Source: a virus (lineage: Duplodnaviria > Caudoviricetes). Taken from it: DNA of 36,253 nt. The stretch covers positions 1 to 36,253 of the IMG/VR virus record IMGVR_UViG_3300009193_000004. One strand, 5' to 3'. The position numbers and the translations under genes were made by a program. Numbering within the stretch: the stretch's first letter is position 1; each line of letters begins with the position of its first letter. A model generated the notes under the pieces. The model searched no databases, was not told the DNA's origin, and was given only the letters and a program-made list of their open reading frames with translations. Below, piece after piece: positions 19,238 through 27,369 of the stretch.

Positions 19238-19364
19238 TAGCAAGCCTCCATTTCATTAAACATTTTTCACAGCAATACTTACGAGAATGTTCCTGAACAA
19301 GCCTTTGCTTTGGTCGGCTCGCAACCACATTACAACCGTCACACTTGAACTTAACTTTCTTCAT
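19230..19364 (-). CDS. Small zinc-finger protein (44 aa), not in the ORF track
   Basis: MKKVKFKCDGCNVVASRPKQRLVQEHSRKYCCEKCLMKWRLANG; GAGGA SD; overlaps both neighbours. Confidence 0.65.
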   Translation of the reverse strand: MKKVKFKCDGCNVVASRPKQRLVQEHSRKYCCEKCLMKWRLANG

Positions 19365-19551
19365 GGTATTCCTCTTTGATAAATTTGCTTATCTCTTCTT
19401 TGAGTTCGAGCATGGTGTTTACATAAACCGATTTGTTGCGGTATCCATCCCAAATCTTATACTCAGTAGCCAGATTGTAAATGTTCCAGCCTTTACGCTG
19501 AAAGCACACTTCAGCTATTTCGCCATAACTACGCATTAGCCTGTCATCCAT
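19351..19551 (-). CDS. Hypothetical protein
   Basis: 66-aa ORF overlapping the terL end; fills the operon gap. Confidence 0.55.
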   Translation of the reverse strand: MDDRLMRSYGEIAEVCFQRKGWNIYNLATEYKIWDGYRNKSVYVNTMLELKEEISKFIKEEYHEES

Positions 19552-21182
19552 CCACCTGAAGAATGCTGTCCAGGTCTGCGTCTTTGTGGTTTCTGGCGCT
19601 CAACCTCTTCTTTGTAGTGAAGGCCCATTTGCTGAATGGCATCAGTGAAGTTAGTAGCCCACTTAGGGCCAGTAGCATCTTTAAACACTTCATTGTCATG
19701 GTCCCACTCGCGGCGCAATGCCTTGATACCTTTCCAGCCTGTCTTCTTAGCCTGATCACCAGTTGCTCCGGTTGAATCGGTGTCGCATCGTTTGCTATCA
19801 ATCCATAGGCGAGGAAATAACTTCTTCAAGGCGTTGATTGATTCACGCTTGCTCTTGCATCGTTCAACCAGCTTAAACTTAATACCCATTCGCTTAGCGG
19901 TATCAAGTCGACTTTCCCTGGTCATTAGATCACGAACAGAAATATCATGCGGTGCTAGGTGTTCTTTGTATCGAATCCCGTACTTATCAGCGAAGTCGTG
20001 AAGCCAGTTAATGTAATGCTCCATGCCTTCATCACGATTGGCATAACACGCAATCATTCGTAACTCTTTGCGGTGTGGCTGCATGAGCCATAAAACCATA
20101 TCGTCATTGATACCAAGATCCCAATAGGTATAAACGGGGAGTGCCTTCTCGATAGGGATATTACACAAACGGCCTTCTTCAATAAGTAGCTCAAGCTCTT
20201 TCTTGTAAACAACACCTTCTTGAAGTGCGTCATCAGGGTTTTGTTGGTATTGAGCACTGAACATAAAGTTATCTGCTTTTTCCATGGCGAGTAATGTCTC
20301 CGTTGGCTCTTTGTCAGTCCAGTAGCTAACACGGCCCGACTTGAATCCAGTGTCACGAATACAGGCCTGTTTCATTTCATCCGGTAGGGTGTCCAGGTAT
20401 TCACGATCAACAATGGCCGGAACCTTGAATATTTCGTAGGTGTCCGGCGTTTTGTCACTCATAAGGAAGTCGGTACTGTCACCGTTAGCTATTCGCTGTT
20501 GAACCATGATGATAGGCACGTTGTCATGTGCAAGACGGGAACGAACAACACGGTTAAGCTTTTTGTTTGCTTTGTCCATTAGCTTGCCACTGTCTGAATC
20601 TTTCGGTGGAAGTGGATCATCCAGGATAAGCGCACCAGTAAAGCAGTCTTCAATCATGTAACCAGCTCGGCGACCTGTTACCTGGCCGTTGATACTGGTC
20701 CCGTAAAGACGATGGCGGTTATTGTTCTGGTCGTAGTACATCCAGTTGTGCTTTGCTTTGGTGGTTTTGGCCTGAGTCATAGGCCAAAGCTGCTGAAACT
20801 CTTCAGAGTCAATGATCTCTTTAACCCTTGTTGCGTTCTCAACAACCAGGTCATCAGAGTAAGAAAGCGGTAGCCAGCGTGAACTTCTTGGATTGCCGTC
20901 AGTGATGCATTTGATAATGCACCATACAGGCCAGTGAATTGACCATATTTCTGTTTTAGTTGAACCAGGCGCAACATTGATGATGCCCCGTTTAATCTTT
21001 CCGTAAAAAACATCTTCAGCAAGTTGGCACTCATAAGTGTGGTGCCAGTTCTTTTTAAACTTCTGACCTTGCAATAACTGGAAGAATATACGCATAAAAG
21101 CCTCAAAAGAGGCTTCACTTGCTACTTTGACGGCTATCTTCTCGGCATCCGTCATTGTCTCCCACTGCATTACTTCACTCAC
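19536..21182 (-). CDS. terL: Terminase large subunit
   Basis: INVAPGSTKT (Walker A), LILDDP (Walker B), MVQQR, FSAQYQQNP, YWDLG nuclease motif. Likely GTG start at 21182 (GGAG SD, GTGA overlap with the upstream peptide). Confidence 0.92.
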   Translation of the reverse strand: MSEVMQWETMTDAEKIAVKVASEASFEAFMRIFFQLLQGQKFKKNWHHTYECQLAEDVFYGKIKRGIINVAPGSTKTEIWSIHWPVWCIIKCITDGNPRSSRWLPLSYSDDLVVENATRVKEIIDSEEFQQLWPMTQAKTTKAKHNWMYYDQNNNRHRLYGTSINGQVTGRRAGYMIEDCFTGALILDDPLPPKDSDSGKLMDKANKKLNRVVRSRLAHDNVPIIMVQQRIANGDSTDFLMSDKTPDTYEIFKVPAIVDREYLDTLPDEMKQACIRDTGFKSGRVSYWTDKEPTETLLAMEKADNFMFSAQYQQNPDDALQEGVVYKKELELLIEEGRLCNIPIEKALPVYTYWDLGINDDMVLWLMQPHRKELRMIACYANRDEGMEHYINWLHDFADKYGIRYKEHLAPHDISVRDLMTRESRLDTAKRMGIKFKLVERCKSKRESINALKKLFPRLWIDSKRCDTDSTGATGDQAKKTGWKGIKALRREWDHDNEVFKDATGPKWATNFTDAIQQMGLHYKEEVERQKPQRRRPGQHSSGGWMTG

Positions 21183-21268
21183 GCAATACTCCATAAGATA
21201 GCGGATATGATGATAATCCACATAAACAAGCCAGCTAACACAGCAAATAAGAAAGGTTTTCGTTTCAT
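21179..21268 (-). CDS. Small single-pass membrane peptide (29 aa), not in the ORF track
   Basis: MKRKPFLFAVLAGLFMWIIIISAILWSIA; AAGGA SD; its stop overlaps the terL start. Confidence 0.6.
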   Translation of the reverse strand: MKRKPFLFAVLAGLFMWIIIISAILWSIA

Positions 21269-21329
21269 CGTAATATCCTTGTTATATCCGTACTGAGAGA
21301 AGTTAACTAACCGTTTGATTTTAAAGGCT

Positions 21330-21965
21330 TTACAATTTACCCATTAAACCAGCTAAAGCCGCCGCTATTTCTGGAGCGCTAACATCAGCTTTGATTGCTA
21401 ATGATTGGCCGTCTTTCCCGGTGATCTCTTGCTTGCGTGGCGCATTCCAGCCTTGAAGGTCTGAAAGTATCTTGATTGAGCCGTTGCTATCGTACATTTC
21501 AATCTTTGGCCCGGTCTTGGTGAAGGTAACTGACTTGATTGAAGCGGCGATAACCGGATCAATGTCTTCAGAGTGCTTCATGGCCCAAACCGTTTGCATC
21601 ACCGGGTTGCCGTCTTCGTCCTCACCGACCTGTTTAAGCTCGAATGTGCAAATGTCGTGTATTGTTGCCCTTGCTGACTTAGAAAGCCTCTCAAGAGCTT
21701 CCTGCTTTGTCATAATCGAATCTGAAGCGATACTATTCATCAAAGAGTCATAGAAGGCTTTCACGCTAACTTGAGCTAACATGCGGCTTGCTGAGGCTAT
21801 TTGAGCTTTCTCTGTTTCTGCTTTGCCCCCTGCTTTAACATAAGCCTCTCTTTGGTTCATGCTTGAGCTTACCAGGTGCATAACAAACTTACGCTGAAGC
21901 GGAGTAAGCTTACTTGCTAACTCCAACTGTTCAGCGGTTAATTTAATTTGCTTGGTTTCACTCAT
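21330..21965 (-). CDS. terS: Terminase small subunit
   Basis: LTPLQRKFV..NQREAYVKAG..ASRML HTH, GPKIEMYD and C-terminal EITGKDG. Confidence 0.9.
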   Translation of the reverse strand: MSETKQIKLTAEQLELASKLTPLQRKFVMHLVSSSMNQREAYVKAGGKAETEKAQIASASRMLAQVSVKAFYDSLMNSIASDSIMTKQEALERLSKSARATIHDICTFELKQVGEDEDGNPVMQTVWAMKHSEDIDPVIAASIKSVTFTKTGPKIEMYDSNGSIKILSDLQGWNAPRKQEITGKDGQSLAIKADVSAPEIAAALAGLMGKL

Positions 21966-22789
21966 AGCGGCAAGTCGAGTTCACCCTCATACCAGGTAAG
22001 CAGACTTGTAATGTCTTGCGGCTGAGTATCAAGGGAGGTAATACGGAATAAGTAAGCTGTGTTTGGTTTCAACAGCTTTTCTCTACCACTAACTGAATCG
22101 CCATAGGAGCCTTTGCCCTGGTTTGATGTATTGCCGATCAGGTAGTCAGGCGCAAACACTAAATCACCATCAGCCGTTACGGTTGCACCTACAATGATTT
22201 GAGCTAGTCCGGCCACTGGATTAATAGCTGAAGCGTTTTGATATGGAACTGAAGAACCACCTGTATACGTTGGAGCCTCAAATATTTCAGCTTTTACGCC
22301 AGTTCCAGTAAAACCAATGACGCGACCTTTTAGCGATACGGGCAATGCACCAGTTAGAAAGATGGTGTCGCTCTCTGCGCCAGCGGCAACGTCAGATAGA
22401 AGAGTTGAACCTTCATGCTGAACGCCAGCTTTTGAATTGGCTTCAGTGTAAGTCTGTTGTGTAATTGCTCGTGTGCCACTAAATAAACCATCAGGCATTT
22501 CAGCGGTTACGTTCTCACCTACGTTAATTAAACCATCAGCGCCGCGACTAATCGCCCACGCACCTAATGAGCCTAAGCTATTGGATATTTCAAAGCCTTT
22601 CTCTAACGGAGTAAACCCGGCGTCTTGACCAGGCTTGTTAGCTGAGAAGTTTAAATTGATAGTGCCTTCTATGCTTGTGAAGGCTAGGCGATCACCGATT
22701 GAGATACCAGCGGCGACAATTGCAGGGGCTAGATAGATGTTAACCCAGGTATCAGCCGGGAGAATGATGTTACTTATCGTGTTTTTCAT
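21962..22789 (-). CDS. Hypothetical beta-rich protein (possibly virion-associated)
   Basis: 275 aa, Gly/Ala/Thr-rich; overlaps the holin end and the terS start. Confidence 0.7.
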   Translation of the reverse strand: MKNTISNIILPADTWVNIYLAPAIVAAGISIGDRLAFTSIEGTINLNFSANKPGQDAGFTPLEKGFEISNSLGSLGAWAISRGADGLINVGENVTAEMPDGLFSGTRAITQQTYTEANSKAGVQHEGSTLLSDVAAGAESDTIFLTGALPVSLKGRVIGFTGTGVKAEIFEAPTYTGGSSVPYQNASAINPVAGLAQIIVGATVTADGDLVFAPDYLIGNTSNQGKGSYGDSVSGREKLLKPNTAYLFRITSLDTQPQDITSLLTWYEGELDLPL

Positions 22790-23180
22790 CGTCTTGTTCC
22801 TTTCTCTTTGCCATCAAAGCGGTATCCGTTGGCTCTGAAGCAATACGGTTAAGGCTTGTCGTGTTTTTTTTTAAGATTTCACCAATAAGATAAAGGGACC
22901 TGGTGCCGTTATGAGCACAGATCCCTGTTATTGCTGAAGTGAGTAGAAAGTCTAGCTGGTAATACTGACAAGTCATTGCGGCAATGATACCGACAAAGCC
23001 ACTTACACAAGTTTCAGATAGCCAACCGAAGATAGTCGGCTTCTTTCCATTGAGTGAGGTTAGATACTTTGCAGTTCCAGCCCAAAAGCTTACGAGTAGT
23101 ATCCACGCATAACCGAGTATCCCGTACTCCTGAAGGCGCTGTATAAAACTTAAAGTATCCTGTGGCATATGTTTGTCCAT
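22770..23180 (-). CDS. Holin (LydA-like)
   Basis: Hydrophobic segments with SGFVGII and AITGICAHNGTR motifs, charged C-terminal tail; sits in the lysis cassette. Confidence 0.75.
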   Translation of the reverse strand: MDKHMPQDTLSFIQRLQEYGILGYAWILLVSFWAGTAKYLTSLNGKKPTIFGWLSETCVSGFVGIIAAMTCQYYQLDFLLTSAITGICAHNGTRSLYLIGEILKKNTTSLNRIASEPTDTALMAKRKEQDDEKHDK

Positions 23181-23195
23181 AATATAGGTTTAATT

Positions 23196-23233
23196 GTCGC
23201 TTGACATTTTGATAAGTATATCATTCAAGCGAC
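23196..23233. promoter_or_regulatory. Intergenic inverted repeat containing an extended -10 element
   Basis: GTCGCTTGA...TCAAGCGAC arms with inner TGATA/TATCA; the minus strand carries TG-A-TATACT. Confidence 0.45.
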
Positions 23234-23242
23234 TAAATTACC

Positions 23243-23752
23243 TTATTTACCTGACTTTCCAAACACTTTTATGATTAGTGGCTCAAGGTTCTTGACGGTG
23301 CGCTCACCAAATAAGAAACCCAATACCAATAGGTTAATCACAATAAGCGCTGTCTGCTGCTGCTCTGAGAACGTTTGAACCAACTTATCCCCTAGCAATT
23401 TTGTTGATGGATTAGTGAACCATTCATAATCCAGGTACATAACGAAGAATCCCCACATAGGACGCTGCATACCACGAAGAAACAAAACTATCCGGCCAAC
23501 TATCGGCAACTGTTTAAGGTCGCTTGCTGTTCCTTCTTGCTCTGCTATTCGTTGGTTAAGCGTTTTTTCAGCATCAGCGGCGGCTTCCATGATAGCCATT
23601 TGTTTCTTGAACTCCATTTCATCAATTTTTTGCTGAAGCTCTGCCTTTTTCTCTGGTGACATATCCGGTGGAAAGTAATCAGTGATCAGCTCTTTGACTG
23701 AGCCAAACAATGAACCTCCAACAACATCAGTTATCTTTGCTAAAAAACTCAT
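23243..23752 (-). CDS. Holin-like membrane protein (3TM/GTA-holin-like)
   Basis: ITDYFPP, coiled coil, RPMWGFFV TM segment and VLGFLFGERTVK; directly after the endolysin. Confidence 0.65.
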   Translation of the reverse strand: MSFLAKITDVVGGSLFGSVKELITDYFPPDMSPEKKAELQQKIDEMEFKKQMAIMEAAADAEKTLNQRIAEQEGTASDLKQLPIVGRIVLFLRGMQRPMWGFFVMYLDYEWFTNPSTKLLGDKLVQTFSEQQQTALIVINLLVLGFLFGERTVKNLEPLIIKVFGKSGK

Positions 23753-23753
23753 G

Positions 23754-24308
23754 CTAACCCCTTAGATAGTTCACTATCCCTTTTGTGTATGCTTCAGCTA
23801 AATCTTCAAACTTGTGGTTAGCCAGTTCTAATGATGCGTCACTATCAATAAAGAACGGCTCTACAATGACACAAGGCATTGAAGTTTTCTGAAGGAGAAG
23901 ACCACCGCGATCACCAGCCTTACCTTTGTGCGAAGCTACGCAAGGTTTAAGGCCGCGATCTTTAAGGCCCAAACACTTAACAACTTGCTCTTGAATGCAC
24001 GAAGCGAGCAAGAAGCCTTTTGAGCTGTGCTTGTAGTAAAGCGTTTCTGAGCCGTTTGATTGCTCATTGAAGGCGTTACAGTGAAATGAAACAGCAATAT
24101 CAGCTTCAGTTTGATTTACCTTACCTGGTAGTGCTGAGTATGAGCAGTCACGATAAATAATAATTGGTTCGTAACCTTCCAGGATAAGCTTTTCAGCTAC
24201 CGAGTGAGCAAGCGGCCCGTTAAATTCAAACTCGCTTGTGCCGTAAGTTTTGTTTGTGGCCCCTGGGCTTTTGGCTGAGTGGCCTATGATTAATGCTATC
24301 TTTTTCAT
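23754..24308 (-). CDS. Endolysin, N-acetylmuramoyl-L-alanine amidase (Amidase_3)
   Basis: IIGH..PGA, EFEFN, VSFHCNA and PCVIVEPFFID zinc-amidase motifs. Likely start is ATG 24308 (MKKIAL) with TAAGG SD. Confidence 0.92.
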   Translation of the reverse strand: MKKIALIIGHSAKSPGATNKTYGTSEFEFNGPLAHSVAEKLILEGYEPIIIYRDCSYSALPGKVNQTEADIAVSFHCNAFNEQSNGSETLYYKHSSKGFLLASCIQEQVVKCLGLKDRGLKPCVASHKGKAGDRGGLLLQKTSMPCVIVEPFFIDSDASLELANHKFEDLAEAYTKGIVNYLRG

Positions 24309-24315
24309 AAATACC

Positions 24316-24504
24316 TTACTTATCAAATACTTGAACTTGAGCCATAACAACTTCTTTGAAGTCTTTCTTGCTGTGACCATCAAAGAACAACCGCTTACTT
24401 GCTATCTCTTCAGCGGTTTTGTAGTTGTCTGTGTTAATCAAGTATTCATGCCTTTGAGCCTTTAACAGCTTAGGCATGAATACAACCTTAATAACGCTGT
24501 TCAT
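24316..24504 (-). CDS. Hypothetical protein
   Basis: 62-aa ORF abutting its neighbours in the operon. Confidence 0.6.
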   Translation of the reverse strand: MNSVIKVVFMPKLLKAQRHEYLINTDNYKTAEEIASKRLFFDGHSKKDFKEVVMAQVQVFDK

Positions 24505-24825
24505 TTAGCTATTTGAGAACTTCAGGCGATAACCTTCAAGTTCCCATAGCTTTTTCTGAGCCTTCTCTTCAGCGTCAATAATTGAATACTTGCGGCCTAA
24601 CTCTTCATTGAAGTTAGCAGGATCAACACACGCGCTCATACCAATAGCCAGGCTGAAACCATCAAGAAGCGCAACGGCGTGAGTTGTGGTAGTGCCTTCA
24701 ACAACGTGAACCTTGTATTCAACTTTAGCCATTAGTGCTTTGATTGAATCAAGTGTTACGCGAGGCGCAGTTAAACCAAGTTCAACAATTTCTTTTTCCA
24801 TTTGCTCGTCATTTTGCTTTGTCAT
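24505..24825 (-). CDS. Gp49-family (Phage_gp49_66) protein; candidate nucleotide-signal sponge
   Basis: APRVT, GF...G.SACVDPANFNEELGRK and LWELEGYRL family motifs. Confidence 0.8.
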   Translation of the reverse strand: MTKQNDEQMEKEIVELGLTAPRVTLDSIKALMAKVEYKVHVVEGTTTTHAVALLDGFSLAIGMSACVDPANFNEELGRKYSIIDAEEKAQKKLWELEGYRLKFSNS

Positions 24826-24826
24826 T

Positions 24827-25066
24827 TTATTTACCTTCAGATTGTTTATCTAATTCAGCTTTCGCCGCAATAAAGCAGGCGATCACCGCTACAATTTCAT
24901 TACCGTGAAACTCTTGGTTCCAAAATCCCGTTTCACGCAATGCCTTTCTTGCTTCTTTTGAAAGTACAGCAAGCGCTTCTTCTGCTGTTTTGGCTTCGTT
25001 AACGTGAGTAACGTCACCAGCCGGAGCGCTTGCGCCTTTACTGAGTAAGTCTAAAACCTTTCCCAT
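24827..25066 (-). CDS. Hypothetical protein
   Basis: 79 aa, TAATG-coupled, GAGG SD. Confidence 0.65.
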   Translation of the reverse strand: MGKVLDLLSKGASAPAGDVTHVNEAKTAEEALAVLSKEARKALRETGFWNQEFHGNEIVAVIACFIAAKAELDKQSEGK

Positions 25067-25401
25067 TATCGACCTCGCTGTTGACCGTAACCACCTTGTT
25101 GCTGTGGTGCTGCCTGTTGTTGATAGCCGCCAGTTTGTTGAGGCGCTTGGTTCTGGTTATCTTCAGAGTTCCAGAAGATATACATTTTAACCGGACCAGT
25201 TTGACCGACTGGCATAGTATCAAGCTCAACTTCAATGTTAGGCATGTTAGAGCCTTGCTTGTTAGGCCAAAGAGTTGCACGGCCTACAGTGGCGTAGCGG
25301 TTTTTCATTTGAGGCTGATTGTTTTGATCAAGCTGATTGGTTGGATACTTCTCAACTACTACAGCAACACGGCCTTTATCAAGTGGTGCATTGTTTTGCA
25401 T
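25066..25401 (-). CDS. SSB-like protein with Gln/Gly-rich tail
   Basis: Beta-rich core (KNRYATVG...ELDTMPVG) with a QQ/GGY tail; in the recombination operon; AAGGA SD. Confidence 0.55.
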   Translation of the reverse strand: MQNNAPLDKGRVAVVVEKYPTNQLDQNNQPQMKNRYATVGRATLWPNKQGSNMPNIEVELDTMPVGQTGPVKMYIFWNSEDNQNQAPQQTGGYQQQAAPQQQGGYGQQRGR

Positions 25402-25420
25402 GGTATTTCCTTGTTAAAGC

Positions 25421-25447
25421 GAACTATCCGGTAATTCCAGATAGTTC
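25421..25447. repeat. Imperfect palindrome GAACTATCCGGTAATTCCAGATAGTTC
   Basis: Intergenic, 11-bp arms with one mismatch (a G-U pair on the minus-strand RNA). Confidence 0.7.
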
Positions 25448-25464
25448 AACTTGGTTAGTTAGTC

Positions 25465-26286
25465 TTAGCTTTCGCCGATGAAGGTTTTTAGTTCAGAGTC
25501 TTTGAACATTTCAACCAGGATTTCTTTGAACTCTTCAGCCATATCTTCTTCTTGCGCTTCAAGCTTAATGATGCGGAAGCAGATTTCAGGCTTCTGGCCG
25601 CCAGTTAGGATTGATACACGAACGGTAAACGCTCGATTAGATAAACCGTGGTAAGGCTGACAAGTAAACTCAATCGTTGCCGGGATCTTGTCCTGGTTCT
25701 TAGCTTCAATCTTCTCGAACTCGCTCATAGACTCGCCGAAGTCGCCGACCTTGCTATCACGGTTACTAACTTGCTCGATAGTGATTTCACGCAATTGCTT
25801 GGCCGCCTGGCTATTGGTCATTGGCTCGCCGTCACTGTTAACCACCTTGATATTGTCGGCCCAGTCTTCAACAAAATTAGCCGCTGCTTTCTGGCTCATG
25901 TGGTCGCCATTTACGCAAAGGATAGCTTTAAACGCTGCTGTCTTATCAAGCTGAAGCTTTGAGTTGTGGCGCTGGTGAAGCGGTTTATCTTCTGTGCCAA
26001 GGTCAAAGATGGTTTCTGCATACATGCGATCAGAGTTTACAAAACACTTAGCGCCTTCTTTGTCGAACTCTTTGCAGTATTCACCAAAGTCTTTGATTGA
26101 TTTGGTTGAGAAGTTGAAGCGGTAAGAAGTGCGGTGCTCCATGTGACCTTCAAGATCAGAAAGCTTTACGCCTTCAGGTAGTGCCACAAGTGGCGATTGA
26201 GTTGCTACCGCTGCAAGCGCTGTGTTCACATCTTGAAGTAGAACAGTTTTTTCAAGGTGCTGGATTGCTTCTTTAGTCATTGACAT
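25465..26286 (-). CDS. DUF2303 / YfdQ-family protein
   Basis: TKSIKDF, TIFDLGT, MSQKAAANFVEDW and IEFTCQPYHGL motifs. Confidence 0.82.
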   Translation of the reverse strand: MSMTKEAIQHLEKTVLLQDVNTALAAVATQSPLVALPEGVKLSDLEGHMEHRTSYRFNFSTKSIKDFGEYCKEFDKEGAKCFVNSDRMYAETIFDLGTEDKPLHQRHNSKLQLDKTAAFKAILCVNGDHMSQKAAANFVEDWADNIKVVNSDGEPMTNSQAAKQLREITIEQVSNRDSKVGDFGESMSEFEKIEAKNQDKIPATIEFTCQPYHGLSNRAFTVRVSILTGGQKPEICFRIIKLEAQEEDMAEEFKEILVEMFKDSELKTFIGES

Positions 26287-26319
26287 AGTTATTTACTCTC
26301 TAATAAAAATTTAAGGTTT

Positions 26320-26337
26320 GCCGGGCGTTAACCCGGC
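26320..26337. other. GC-rich intergenic hairpin
   Basis: GCCGGG-CGTTAA-CCCGGC; no U-tract on the coding strand. Confidence 0.45.
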
Positions 26338-26345
26338 GGTTTGAA

Positions 26346-26753
26346 TTAGTTAGCCAGGCGGCGAACGTTTGAGTGTTGCTGTACTTCACCAGTTTCTTTA
26401 TCAACATTTTCATGTGTTAGGTTGAACTGGCCGCTGTCGTCTTCTTCCGGCGCATTGATGGTTAGCTTGCCACCTTTACCAACAAAGAACGCTGTATCAG
26501 TAATATCTTCTTCAAACTTCTTACCGCGCTTAGTTGGGTTACTGGTTGAAAGCTTGTGAGAAACAATAACCTGATCGTTGTCGCCCATTTGTTGAAAGGT
26601 AAATTCAAGTGATACCTTCGCTTTCTTGCTGCCGATACCGTGAGTGATTTGAGCTAATGCCGCATCACTTAAAGCCAGTGCAAGCTTTTCAATCATAATT
26701 CCTGCGTTACATTCGCCGATAAAGTCAGCTACGTTTGTTTTGCGATCTGCCAT
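26346..26753 (-). CDS. Conserved phage protein (YfdP-like partner of DUF2303)
   Basis: TNVADFIGECNAG, PTKRGK..E and FFVGKGGKLT motifs; directly upstream of DUF2303. Confidence 0.7.
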   Translation of the reverse strand: MADRKTNVADFIGECNAGIMIEKLALALSDAALAQITHGIGSKKAKVSLEFTFQQMGDNDQVIVSHKLSTSNPTKRGKKFEEDITDTAFFVGKGGKLTINAPEEDDSGQFNLTHENVDKETGEVQQHSNVRRLAN

Positions 26754-26755
26754 GA

Positions 26756-27313
26756 TTACTCTCCTGAGTTAAGTTTGAAAAAGATTTCTTGCGCTGCCAG
26801 TGTATCAGCCATTGCGCTATGAGAATTTACCAAGTCTTTACCACAAATAGCTTTGTAAGCATCAACAAGCTTTGGATTTTTACCGCCTAGCTCTTTTTGA
26901 GCCATTCGCATTGCACAGTGGTGGTCTGATTTTTCCGCCCACTTTTCAATACACTCTTCAGACATGTAGCGCTTCATTGCAATACGAATAATGCGCTGGT
27001 CAAAAGTCTTGTTATACGCCACTCGTTCAGCGTCACCACGGATCATGTGAAGCATTGCGACAGCCATTCCTTCAGGAATACCATGCTCAAGCGCGTATTC
27101 AGTCGTGATACCGTGAACCTCTGTTACTTCTTCAGGGATTTCCCAACCGTCCGGCTTAATGATCACGTTCATTGATTGAATTTCTTCACCAGTTTCAGCG
27201 TTAGAAAGAACACCAGCCAATTGAACTAAGTGAGGCTGTTCAGGTGAATCGCTTGGAACTTTCCAGTTAGGGATTCCGGTTGTTTCTGTGTCGTATGTAA
27301 AAATCGTTTTCAT
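26756..27313 (-). CDS. 3'-5' exonuclease, DEDDh (DnaQ-like)
   Basis: YDTETTG, VHGIT, YNKTFD and HSAMAD motifs. Confidence 0.9.
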   Translation of the reverse strand: MKTIFTYDTETTGIPNWKVPSDSPEQPHLVQLAGVLSNAETGEEIQSMNVIIKPDGWEIPEEVTEVHGITTEYALEHGIPEGMAVAMLHMIRGDAERVAYNKTFDQRIIRIAMKRYMSEECIEKWAEKSDHHCAMRMAQKELGGKNPKLVDAYKAICGKDLVNSHSAMADTLAAQEIFFKLNSGE

Positions 27314-27340
27314 GTTATATCTCTACTTTGGTTTAAGTGG

Positions 27341-27360
27341 TGGCGGTTGTTACACCGCCA
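27341..27360. other. GC-rich intergenic hairpin
   Basis: TGGCGGT-TGTTAC-ACCGCCA, after the YqaJ gene stop. Confidence 0.45.
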
Positions 27361-27369
27361 GGTTAATTA

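Noticed and set aside
13475-24383. Longer ORF-track starts for gp10 (13552), scaffold (17048), portal (19243), terL (21221) and amidase (24383)
   Set aside because: Downstream starts have better SD sequences or stop-start coupling and avoid implausible overlaps.
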